Below are positions 43,937 to 52,806 of a stretch of DNA of 64,000 nucleotides, piece by piece. Position 1 is the stretch's first letter. Each line of letters begins with the position of its first letter. The DNA is taken from positions 125,171 through 189,170 of the forward strand of contig CAVRAD010000009.1 in the NCBI GenBank assembly GCA_963718845.1. Reading direction: 5' to 3'. The DNA comes from an uncultured Acidobacteriota bacterium. Lineage in GTDB: Bacteria; Acidobacteriota; UBA6911. Both the position numbers and the translations under genes were made by a program. The notes beneath the pieces were generated by a model. That model was not told where the DNA came from. It did no database searches and saw nothing but the letters and a program-made list of their open reading frames with translations.

Positions 43937-44271
43937 AGATCGAAATGCGCACTATTGGGGACGTCCGAATACTGGATTGCAGCGGCAAAATCACGCTGGG
44001 AGAGGGCACGATGACCGTGCGCAATACAGTGCTGGATATCTTAAAAGATGGCGGAAAGAAGATAATTGTGAACCTGGCGGATGTGAACTATATCGACAGC
44101 TCGGGGATCGGCGAACTGGTGAGAACGTACATCACGGTTTCCGGCGGCGGCGGTCAGTTGAAGCTGTTGAACCTGACAAAGAAGATCCAGGAATTGCTGC
44201 AGATCACAAAGCTGCTGACGGTTTTCCAGGTGTTTGACAGCGAATCCGCGGCTCTGGCCAGCTTTTCCTAA
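43933..44271 (+). CDS. rsbV: STAS-domain anti-sigma-factor antagonist (RsbV/SpoIIAA-like).
   Basis: 112 aa with the phosphorylatable Ser context ...NYIDSSGIGELV.... Overlaps the rsbW stop (ATGA). Confidence 0.75.
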   Translation: MKIEMRTIGDVRILDCSGKITLGEGTMTVRNTVLDILKDGGKKIIVNLADVNYIDSSGIGELVRTYITVSGGGGQLKLLNLTKKIQELLQITKLLTVFQVFDSESAALASFS

Positions 44272-44278
44272 GACGGGA

Positions 44279-45690
44279 TCACCGAAAGATGCGGTGGATG
44301 TCGATGATCTTCGAGAGATCGTTGAATACGACAAAGCCCATCAGGAGAATGAGGAAAACAAAACCGACCTGAACGATCCTTTCCTTGAGATTAAGGCTGA
44401 GATCCCTGCCAATCAGCCCTTCGATCAGGAGAAGCAAAATTACCCCTCCATCCAGAATCGGGATTGGGAGCAAGTTAAACACGCCGAGCTGAAGGCTTAC
44501 CAGCCCCAAAAATCCAAAGAAAACGCGAGCGCTGCCTGTGCGGGCGGCGCTCCCGGATATCCGGGCGATCTCTATCGGGCCGGATAGCGTCCGCACGGAT
44601 GCGGATCCCTTGATAATCCTGCCGATTATTTTGAACGTCAAAGAAGACAGCTCGTAGTTTCGCCGGATAGACTGCGTAATGGCGCCGATGATACCGAACT
44701 TCTGCAGGTCGGACGGATAGTCGTGCTACGAATCCGATAATGACGCGCCCCTTCTCTTCGATCGGCGTGATATTGAGATGCAGGATACTGCTGTCCTTGT
44801 CCGACGGATGATTCCCAGATCTGATCCTTTGAAGGTTCCGCATTTGGCCTGCGGATTTTGAAGCGCAGCGGAATGCCTTTGCTTTCCGAGATGATGTTCA
44901 ATATCCCGTTATAGCCTGTCGCTGTGCCATGCTTTCCTGTGACGGAGAGTATCTCGTCTCCTGCTTTCAATCCGGCTTTCTGTGCCGGGGAACCTTCGTC
45001 CACCGCAAACACGATCGCCCGGGGCAGCGAGTATCTGAAACCCAGCAGGCCAGGGTCAATCGGATCTTTTGATGCAGGCGCTTCAAAATGGAGCTGCAAA
45101 TTCTGATTATTGCGCAGGACCTCGACATTCAAAGCGTCCCTGGGAGCTGTCCCCAGCGCAACCTCCAGATCTTCCCACGTCATGATTTGATTGCCGTGTA
45201 CGCTGACGATCTGGTCCCCGGTTTGCAGTCCCGCTCGTTTTGCGATGGAATCTGCCGCAACCGGTCCTACGATTGCCGCCTCTTTCGGATACCTGGCAAC
45301 ATAGACCCCCTCGATATAAGAAAAAGTCAAAATGAACACTGCCAGGAGGATGTTCATGCAGGGGCCGGCAACTGCGACCAGAAACCGGTGCCATTTCGGA
45401 TGAGACAGGAATTCGTCCGGAGACCCTTGGCGTTCATCGTCGTACGTCTCGCCGGCCATTTTCACATAGCCGCCTATTGGGAACGGGCTTAGACGATACT
45501 CCGTTCCGCCGCGAGTGAATCCCAGGAGTTTGGGGCCAAATCCCAGGGAAAATACGAGGACCCGGATTTTCAGGAGCTTCGCCATGGCAAAGTGGCCAAA
45601 CTCATGAATCGTGATTGTAATGCCCAGCACCACTACAAAAGCCAGAATTGTAGTTATCAATGCAAAATCCCTCCGCCCTTCTCCCATATG
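44279..45690 (-). CDS. rseP: Site-2 protease RseP (zinc metalloprotease with PDZ domains). Several frameshifts in 44640-44900. The annotated ORF extends upstream through a heptamer array.
   Basis: HEFGHF (HExxH) soon after MGEGRRDFALITTILAFVVVLG, PDZ regions, and a C-terminal LLPIPILDGG (LDG motif) in ORF 44279..44641. The first ~70 codons of ORF 44638..45897 translate the GGAATCT array (WNLESGIWN...) and are probably not coding. Confidence 0.8.
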
Positions 45691-45696
45691 ATGCCC

Positions 45697-46010
45697 TAAA
45701 TATGGGAAAGGCTCAACCACCGATACAATCGATTCGGATTCCAGATTCAGATTCGAGATTCCAGGTTCCAGATTCGAGATTCCGAAGGTTCCAGATTCCA
45801 GATTCCAGGTTCCAGATTCCAGATTCCAGTTCCAGATTCCAGATTCGAGATTCCAGATTCCAGCAGTTCGAGATTGGCAGATTTCGAATCTGTTCATTGG
45901 GTTGTTATATCCGCAATCGAAATTTGATTTAGCTCCCCGCTACCATAACTCCACTGCAGAACTTGAGGCGCATCAATATCCGAAATTACGTTTTTCTCTG
46001 GAATCCGGAA
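45697..46010. repeat. Long GGAATCY heptamer array (~25 units) plus a ~90-nt conserved element plus a short inverted arm.
   Basis: About 180 bp of gattccagattccaggttccagattcgagattcc..., then gattggcagatttcgaatctgttcattgggttgttatatccgcaatcgaaatttgatttagctccccgctaccataactcc (45885-45975), then ggaatccggaatctggaatccggaatc. Confidence 0.85.
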
Positions 46011-46024
46011 TCTGGAATCCGGAA

Positions 46025-47222
46025 TCAAATGGAGATCGCCTGCCTCGGGGACTGGCAATAGACTCTGGCTTCCTCTCTGGCCCAGGCGTCGGCGGTCAGA
46101 ACGGTTTCCAGATCGGTTGCCTCTTTGGGCGAGTGCGCGTCCAGCACCGACTCGATGATTTGCGGGATCTCCTGATAGGCAATCCCGCCATTTAGAAACG
46201 CCTCTACGGCCACTTCGTTGGCTGCATTGAGCACGGCCGGCGCGGTGCCCCCGGTCCGCAGCGCTCGATATGCCAGGCTCAGGCAGGGGAACTTTTCCTG
46301 GTCAGGCTTGAAGAACTCAAGCTTGGGCAATTGATAAATATCCAGAGAGGGAAGAGGCGAATTCCACCGTTCGGGGTACGTCAGGGCATATTGGATGGCG
46401 ATCCGCATGTCCGTCAATCCCAGCTGCGCCAGGACAGAACCGTCGACAAACTCGACCATGGAGTGGACAACGCTCTGAGGATGCACGACAACGTGGATTT
46501 CTGTCGGCTGCCACTTCAAACAGCCGGGACGCTTCGATCACCTCGAGCCCCTTATTCATCAACGTGGCGGAATCGATCGTTATTTTTCTGCCCATACTCC
46601 ATGTCGGATGGTTGAGTGCCTGGTCGAGCGTTACCGACGACATTTTCTCCCTGGGAGTTTCCCGGAAAGGCCCTCCGGATGCCGTCAGGATCAGGCGCGC
46701 CACCTCTTTGTGCCGCCCGCCCCTCAAACACTGGTGGATCGCGTTGTGCTCGCTGTCCACCGGTAAGATCTCGACATTCCTCTCTCGCGATTTGCGCATC
46801 ATCAGCTCGCCCGCGACCACCATTGTTTCCTTGTTTGCGAGCGCGATGCTCTTTCCCCGTTCCAGCGCACGGTAGGTAGGCACAAGACCTGCTGCGCCGG
46901 AGATCGCGGAGAGAACCATTGAGGACTCGGGATGGCAGGAAACCTCGATGTGTCCTTCCATCCCGTAGACGAAACGCGTGCGCGCCATGGGATAGCCGCG
47001 CTGCCGCAGTAGACTCTGCAGTTCGGCAGAGACGTGTTCGTCTCCGCTGGAGGCGATTTCCGGGCGCACTTCTTCGATCTGCTGCGCCAGAAGCGTAACG
47101 TTTTTGCCTCCGGTCAGACCCACGACTCGGAATTCTTTTGGAAAGCTGGAAGTAACTCTGAGGGTGTTTGTGCCGATGGATCCGGTGGAACCGAGAATGG
47201 AGATTGTTTTCATCAATGCCAA
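46025..47222 (-). CDS. dxr: 1-deoxy-D-xylulose 5-phosphate reductoisomerase. Frameshift near 46520.
   Basis: ISILGSTGSIGTNTL...LANKE... (ORF 46317..47222). The C-terminal half ...SMVEFVDGSV...NAANEVAV... is in ORF 46025..46519. Confidence 0.9.
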
Positions 47223-47263
47223 CCTAAAGAGCGATCATTGTAGCACTAATATTCGCAAGGCAG

Positions 47264-48010
47264 CTAATAAAGCTGGAGCAGGTAGCAATAGAGCACAGGG
47301 AGGGCAAACAGCAAGCTGTCCATGCGGTCGAGCGCTCCGCCATGTCCCGGAATAAGATGGGAGCTGTCTTTTATCTCCGCCGCTCTCTTCAGCAATGATT
47401 CCGCGAGATCACCGAGCTGGCCGAATACACCGAGCAGCAACGAAACGATGATTACATGAACCATCGGAAGGTCCGGCAAAAGAAGATGCTGGGCCGCAGC
47501 TGCAATTCCGACGCCTCCCAGTAGTCCCGCGACGGCGCCTTCATAGGTTTTTTTAGGGCTCAGAACCGGAGCCAGGAGACGTTTTCCGAACGATTTCCCC
47601 GCGAGCAGCGCAAACGTATCACCGGCCCATATCACCACCAGCAGAAGCAGAATCCATTGCATGCCGATTCTAGGGCCAAAATCATAGCGCACAGGGATCG
47701 CAGGGTAGAGGCACAGCACAAAGTAGAATATTCCCAGCACTTCTGCCATGAGCGACAACGCGCGCTCCCGGACCGTGCTCTTCCGCCAGAGCGCCGACAG
47801 AAACGCGGCGATCAGCACAAGGGCGAGAAGTGTGACAGCAGGAAACCGGCCCTGGCGCAACGCGATCAGCAATCCCCAGAACGCCAAGAGCCCGAACAGC
47901 GGCTGGACACGAATTCCCATTGCGCGCATCAGTCCAAAATACTCATATAGACATGCTGTTCCGATGAGCCCGATGCCGATCAGAAAAAATATCGGAGGCG
48001 CGTAGACCAC
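47264..48010 (-). CDS. cdsA: Phosphatidate cytidylyltransferase.
   Basis: A polytopic membrane protein with the C-terminal CTP-transferase signature ...KRAAEIKDSSHLIPGHGGALDRMDSL.... Confidence 0.85.
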   Translation of the reverse strand: MVYAPPIFFLIGIGLIGTACLYEYFGLMRAMGIRVQPLFGLLAFWGLLIALRQGRFPAVTLLALVLIAAFLSALWRKSTVRERALSLMAEVLGIFYFVLCLYPAIPVRYDFGPRIGMQWILLLLVVIWAGDTFALLAGKSFGKRLLAPVLSPKKTYEGAVAGLLGGVGIAAAAQHLLLPDLPMVHVIIVSLLLGVFGQLGDLAESLLKRAAEIKDSSHLIPGHGGALDRMDSLLFALPVLYCYLLQLY

Positions 48011-48099
48011 GATGAGTATCGCAAGGGGTATCAGTACAAGTGCGGAAATTATTCGGCGTCATAGGGCTTCAATCCGGCTAATTGTTAGCTGATTGCCGA

Positions 48100-48861
48100 C
48101 TAAACTCCGCCGTACCGCCTGTCTCGCTGCTGGTATTCAAGGATAGCCTCGAGCAGATGCTTGCGGCGAAAATCCGGCCAGTACGTTGGAGTGATGTAGA
48201 TCTCGGAATAGGCGATTTGCCACAGCAGAAAATTGCTGATGCGCATTTCGCCGCTGGTTCGAATCAGCAGGTCCGGATCCGGGATGCCGGAGGTATATAA
48301 AAATTGCGAAATTACTTCCTCGCTGACCGCAGGCTGGTTCCCGTTTTGTTTGAATTCACGCAGGATCCGGTTGAAAGTATCGACGATCTCCGCGCGGCCG
48401 CTGTAATTCAGTGCGACGTTGAGAAGCATGCCCGTATTGTTTTTGGTCGCACTCATGGCCTGCTGCAATTCCGCGCGCACGGATTCATCGAGCTCCTGAA
48501 TTCTCCCGATCGCCTGGAACCGGATATTGCGCTTGTGTATGCGGTTCAGCTCCAGCCGGATGTATTCTTTCAACAACCTCATGAGGGTGCGGACTTCGCT
48601 GCGCGGTCTCTTCCAGTTTTCAACTGAAAAGGCGTAAAGCGTGAGCGCTTCCAGTCCGAGCTCGGCCGAGCTGTTCACTATTTCGCGCACGGATTCAATT
48701 CCGGCACGATGCCCAGCAACCCGGGGGAGTTTGCGCAACCCAGCCCAGCGGCCGTTTCCGTCCATAATTACCGCTATATGTTTGGGCAGGAGTTTCCTGT
48801 CGATCTTTTGTAAAAGATCGGCTTCCTGACTCCCGGGCTCGGCGAAGCCCTCCAGTTCCAT
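48100..48861 (-). CDS. uppS: Isoprenyl transferase (undecaprenyl-diphosphate synthase).
   Basis: HIAVIMDGNGRWA...LTLYAFSVENWKRP...RTSGE.RISNFLLWQ. Intact. Confidence 0.9.
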   Translation of the reverse strand: MELEGFAEPGSQEADLLQKIDRKLLPKHIAVIMDGNGRWAGLRKLPRVAGHRAGIESVREIVNSSAELGLEALTLYAFSVENWKRPRSEVRTLMRLLKEYIRLELNRIHKRNIRFQAIGRIQELDESVRAELQQAMSATKNNTGMLLNVALNYSGRAEIVDTFNRILREFKQNGNQPAVSEEVISQFLYTSGIPDPDLLIRTSGEMRISNFLLWQIAYSEIYITPTYWPDFRRKHLLEAILEYQQRDRRYGGV

Positions 48862-48888
48862 ACAGATAGCCTCCAGCCCGCTATGATA

Positions 48889-49644
48889 TCAGAATTCTCC
48901 GGGCGCTCCGTATTTTACTTTCAGGAGGACCAGGCCATGCGAAGGGGCTGTGAATCCGGCCAGTCTCCGGTCCCGCTTTAAAAAAAGGTCTTCAAAATCT
49001 TTCAGGCTTATGGATCCTCTTCCGACATCCAGTAAAGTCCCCGCCATGTTACGGACCATGTGATGGAGGAAACCGTTTCCCTCTACTGTCAAATGTAGGC
49101 GATGCCCTCGCTTCTGCAGTTTGCAGCGGAAGATCCGTCGGATTGTGCTGGAGGCGGACGTGTTGGTCTTCGCAAAACTGGCGAAATCGTGCTCTCCCTG
49201 AAACAGACGGGCTGCCCTGGCGATTTTCGCCAGGTCGACGGGAAGCGGGTAATGGAAATATTCGCGGATCCGATGGGGGGGCAGGATTGGGCCCAGATAC
49301 ATCTGGTATCGATATATTTTTGAAGTGGCGTCCTTCCGGGCGTGGAAATTCAGAGGGGCCAGGCGCGCGGACAAAACACGGATATCCCTGGGCAGCAAGC
49401 TGTTCAAAGCCCGCACCATCTGTCCGGGGGCTATCCGCGATCCGGTGAAAAAATTGGCCACTAGCCCGCGGGCGTGAGTCCCCGCGTCCGTTCTCCCGCT
49501 GCCCGTCGGGATTACCCTCTCACCGGTGATTCTGGCGATTGCATCAGAAAGCAATCCCTGAACAGTCTGGGAATCGTTCTGGATCTGCCACCCGTGATAG
49601 GCCGTCCCGTCGAAAGCAAGAATCAGCCGGATATTCCTTTTAAC
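48889..49644 (-). CDS. truA: tRNA pseudouridine(38-40) synthase.
   Basis: ...RLILAFDGTAYHGWQIQ...GRTDAGTHA.... The ORF extends to 49710, but the VKRNIRL (GTG) start near 49644 avoids overlap with pyrE. Confidence 0.85.
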   Translation of the reverse strand, partial: VKRNIRLILAFDGTAYHGWQIQNDSQTVQGLLSDAIARITGERVIPTGSGRTDAGTHARGLVANFFTGSRIAPGQMVRALNSLLPRDIRVLSARLAPLNFHARKDATSKIYRYQMYLGPILPPHRIREYFHYPLPVDLAKIARAARLFQGEHDFASFAKTNTSASSTIRRIFRCKLQKRGHRLHLTVEGNGFLHHMVRNMAGTLLDVGRGSISLKDFEDLFLKRDRRLAGFTAPSHGLVLLKVKYGAPGEF

Positions 49645-49658
49645 ACTCTGGCAGACTC

Positions 49659-50231
49659 CTAGCGACTGCCGGGTTTGATTGCCTTGCTTCCTGTCTTGCA
49701 TAATGGGCACTCTTCGGGCGAAAAAGCAGGGACATCCAGTACGGCCAGGGCCACTCGGGGCACTCCCAGATCTGTTCTTCCGCCGCTGCGGTCGATCAGG
49801 GATCCGGCGGCCAGAACAACGGCTCCTGCCTTGAGAACAACCTCCATAGTTTCCTTTGTCGAACCTCCTGTCGTGACGACATCCTCCACGACAAAGGCTT
49901 TTTCGCCCGGCTCGATCCGGAATCCACGACGCAGCGTAAGCATTCCGTCCTGGCGCTCCGCGAAGAGGCCGCGTACGCCGAGCGCACGCGCCACCTCATG
50001 GGCTACGAGAATGCCTCCCAGTGCGGGAGCGATCACCAGATCGGGTTGGTTCCCCAGGGCGCGCAGACGGGCTGCCAGCGCGGCGCCTAGCGCCTCGGCC
50101 TGTCGCGGATTTTGAAGCACTAGAGCACATTGCAGATACCGGTCGCTGTGCAGGCCGGATGTAAGCCGGAAATGACCTTCCAGTAAGGCCTCCGACTGTT
50201 TGAACATTTTTATTACTTCGTCTTGAGTCAT
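49659..50231 (-). CDS. pyrE: Orotate phosphoribosyltransferase.
   Basis: ...LLEGHFRLTSGLHSDRYLQC...VVEDVVTTGGS.... Confidence 0.8.
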   Translation of the reverse strand: MTQDEVIKMFKQSEALLEGHFRLTSGLHSDRYLQCALVLQNPRQAEALGAALAARLRALGNQPDLVIAPALGGILVAHEVARALGVRGLFAERQDGMLTLRRGFRIEPGEKAFVVEDVVTTGGSTKETMEVVLKAGAVVLAAGSLIDRSGGRTDLGVPRVALAVLDVPAFSPEECPLCKTGSKAIKPGSR

Positions 50232-50235
50232 ATCA

Positions 50236-50335
50236 GTCCCTTTGATTCCGGATTCCGGATTCCAGAATCCAGATTACAGACTGTAGAATAGGGATATTTA
50301 TCTGGAATCTGGAATTTGGAATCCGGAATCGATTG
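50236..50335. repeat. GGAATCY-type heptamer hairpin with a ~30-nt loop.
   Basis: gattccggattccggattccagaatccagattacag...atctggaatctggaatttggaatccggaatc, upstream of pyrE. Confidence 0.85.
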
Positions 50336-50441
50336 AATTCAAGTCCGTCTTCTAACGTTTTCATAATCTTGTTCACAAGATCCTGTTCGATAACGCGAAC
50401 TATGATAAAATGAAATTTTTCGTTGGCAAAGGAGTCATTTT

Positions 50442-51182
50442 ATGTCGGGTCACTCAAAGTGGAGTTCTATTAAGCACAAGAAAGCGGCAACGGATTCCAA
50501 ACGGGGCCGGATATTTACACGTTTAATCAAAGAAATGACGGCTGCGGCACGGAATGGCGGCGGCGATCCTGATATGAACCCACGGTTGCGCCTCGCAATC
50601 AACACCGCGAAGGCAAGCAATATGCCTGCCGAGAATATCAAACGGGCCGTCATGCGCGGCACGGGAGAGCTCCCCGGCGTTTCCTACGAGGATGTGAATT
50701 ACGAAGCCTATGGACCCGGAGGCGTGGCTATCATCATGCGCGGTCTTACAGACAATAAGAACCGCACCGTAGCGGAGCTGAGACACGCCCTTTCCAAGGG
50801 TGGCGGGAACCTTGGCGAGACAGGATGCGTCGGCTGGATGTTCGATAGAAAAGGATACTTCGTAGTCGAGAAATCGGCGGCAGATGAAGAGAAGCTGTTC
50901 GAGCTTGTGCTTGGTGCAGGCGCGGACGATATGCGCGAAGATGGAAGTAACTTCGAAATCCTGACGGCTCCGGAAAATTTCGAAGCTGTGCGAGCGGCAT
51001 TGGAATCGGCCGGCATCGGCACGGTCGCAGCCGAGATTTCGATGATTCCTCAGAACTACGTCAAGCTGGAAGGCAAGAATGCGCAGACCATGCTTAATCT
51101 CATGGAAGTTCTGGAAGACCATGAGGACATCCAGAATGTCTGGGCGAATTTCGACATCGACGAATCGGAGTTAAAGGACTAA
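50442..51182 (+). CDS. yebC: YebC/PmpR-family DNA-binding transcriptional regulator.
   Basis: MSGHSKWSSIKHKKA...; 246 aa, intact. Confidence 0.9.
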   Translation: MSGHSKWSSIKHKKAATDSKRGRIFTRLIKEMTAAARNGGGDPDMNPRLRLAINTAKASNMPAENIKRAVMRGTGELPGVSYEDVNYEAYGPGGVAIIMRGLTDNKNRTVAELRHALSKGGGNLGETGCVGWMFDRKGYFVVEKSAADEEKLFELVLGAGADDMREDGSNFEILTAPENFEAVRAALESAGIGTVAAEISMIPQNYVKLEGKNAQTMLNLMEVLEDHEDIQNVWANFDIDESELKD

Positions 51183-51202
51183 GCCTCCTAAGGCAGCCGG
51201 TA

Positions 51203-51682
51203 ATGCGGATACTGGGTATTGACCCCGGAAGTGGAACCACCGGTTACGGTATCATCGAAACCGATGGCTCTCAGCACACGGCTGTCCTGTACGGCGCTAT
51301 TAAAACGAATCCACGACAACCCTTCCACGAACGCCTTCTCAAGATCCACACGGATCTGTGCGCTATCGTTGCGCGCGAGAAGGTGGACATCATGGCGATC
51401 GAGGAGGTGTTTCACGCCACCAACGTGCAGTCGGCTCTCCGCCTGGGCCATGCCAGGGGGATTGCTCTGCTGGTTGCCGCGCAGCAGAGAATCGGTGTCT
51501 TCGAATACTCACCCCTGGAAATCAAAAGCGCCGTTGTCGGATATGGCCGGGCGGAAAAAACGCAGGTACAAATCATGGTCCGTCTTCTCCTCAACCTTTC
51601 ACAAATCCCCACGCCGGATGACGCCGCCGACGCGCTAGCCGTAGCCATATGCCACGCCAACAAAATGACGAATTACGAATGA
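51203..51682 (+). CDS. ruvC: Crossover junction endodeoxyribonuclease RuvC.
   Basis: MRILGIDPGSGTTGYGII...IEEVF...DAADALAVAICHA. Confidence 0.9.
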   Translation: MRILGIDPGSGTTGYGIIETDGSQHTAVLYGAIKTNPRQPFHERLLKIHTDLCAIVAREKVDIMAIEEVFHATNVQSALRLGHARGIALLVAAQQRIGVFEYSPLEIKSAVVGYGRAEKTQVQIMVRLLLNLSQIPTPDDAADALAVAICHANKMTNYE

Positions 51683-51832
51683 CGAATTAACAAATACTTG
51701 TTTGTTCGGGCAAAGAGCCGGAACAAATGCGAGAGGATACATCGAGACTGCCTATGATTAGTCAGCAGCCCATACCTGGCAGTATGTTTTCATTCGTAAT
51801 TCGCAATTCGTCATTCGTAATTAGGTTACGAC
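51663..51832. repeat. TTACGAA-type heptamer hairpin with a ~100-nt loop.
   Basis: cgaattacgaatgacgaatta...loop...ttcattcgtaattcgcaattcgtcattcgtaatt. Overlaps the last codons of ruvC (…KMTNYE). Confidence 0.8.
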
Positions 51833-52625
51833 GATTCCCGCATAAGCCACCACCTGTTCATAGTCGCCACTGGCTTCGCCCGAATTGGTGTAGCGGATCA
51901 AATGGCCGGAAACGGCTCCCGCATCGCGGCACGCGGTGAGGACCGCGACGGCAGGGGCAAAGCCGCACATAGTGATGTCCTTATCCAATACAACTTCGTA
52001 GAGCCCCGCGGGATCTAGCGCCAGGATGCGGTCGATGGCGAATTGGTCCTGCCTGGCCGCATCCTCCTTCGATTCGTAGTGCGTCATGTCGGAGCTTGCA
52101 ACAAGCAGCACGGGTTCTTTCAGCGAGCCGATGACTCTTGCCATGGCATGCCCGAGATCTTTAAGGATGGAGAAGTCTATTTGCCGGATGCAGATGGCGC
52201 AGAAAGTAAATTCCGGCTGCAGTATTTGAAGGAAAGGAATTTGGACCTCTAAAGAGTGTTCATACCGGTGCGCTGCGGCATCCTCCTCGAGTTCGGGGCA
52301 CTCTGCCATCAGTTCCCGGTTCATCTCCGCGTCGATGGATGCGGTGCCCAGCGGCGTCTCCCACGTGCCTGCCGGCGCAAGTGCGAAGCGATGCGCCTCT
52401 GCCTGAATGATTAGGGCCCAAAAGGATGATTCGGCGGGGCAGGCGCACGGATGAAAAAACTTCGCCCGTCACCGCGCCCGAGTAGATATATCCCGCGTGT
52501 GGAACGACGACGGCTTTGGCGTCCAGCAATACCTCGGGTTTGCGGATGAATGACGCGATGGTCTCGCGCAACTCATCCGGATCATCCGGATAAAATCTGC
52601 CCTCGACCGTTGCCTCTCGTTTCAT
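51821..52625 (-). CDS. MEMO1-family protein (AmmeMemoRadiSam system protein B-like). Frameshift near 52300-52400.
   Basis: ...AVVVPHAGYIYSGAV...ILLGPNHSG... (ORF 52260..52625) and ...SLEVQIPFLQ...SSDMTHYES... (ORF 51821..52324). Confidence 0.7.
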
Positions 52626-52639
52626 TGGTCCTTCCTAGA

Positions 52640-52800
52640 AAAAACATGTGGGTCGGGGCTTCAGAGTCTGTCTTCTCCACTGGAAACTATAGTTTAGTTC
52701 GGCAGAGATCAAGATCTCGTGGACAGCTCTCCGACGCGTGGGAGATTCTGTATGGTCGCGAAGTGCCGGGGCTGAAGCCCCGACCCACAGTTGTCTTCTT
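52640..52800. mobile_element. MITE-like element (~160 bp) with 17-bp terminal inverted repeats GTGGGTCGGGGCTTCAG.
   Basis: Left end gtgggtcggggcttcagagtctgtc; right end ...ggggctgaagccccgacccac. The same termini occur at 62833-63113. Confidence 0.6.
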
Positions 52801-52806
52801 TTTACC

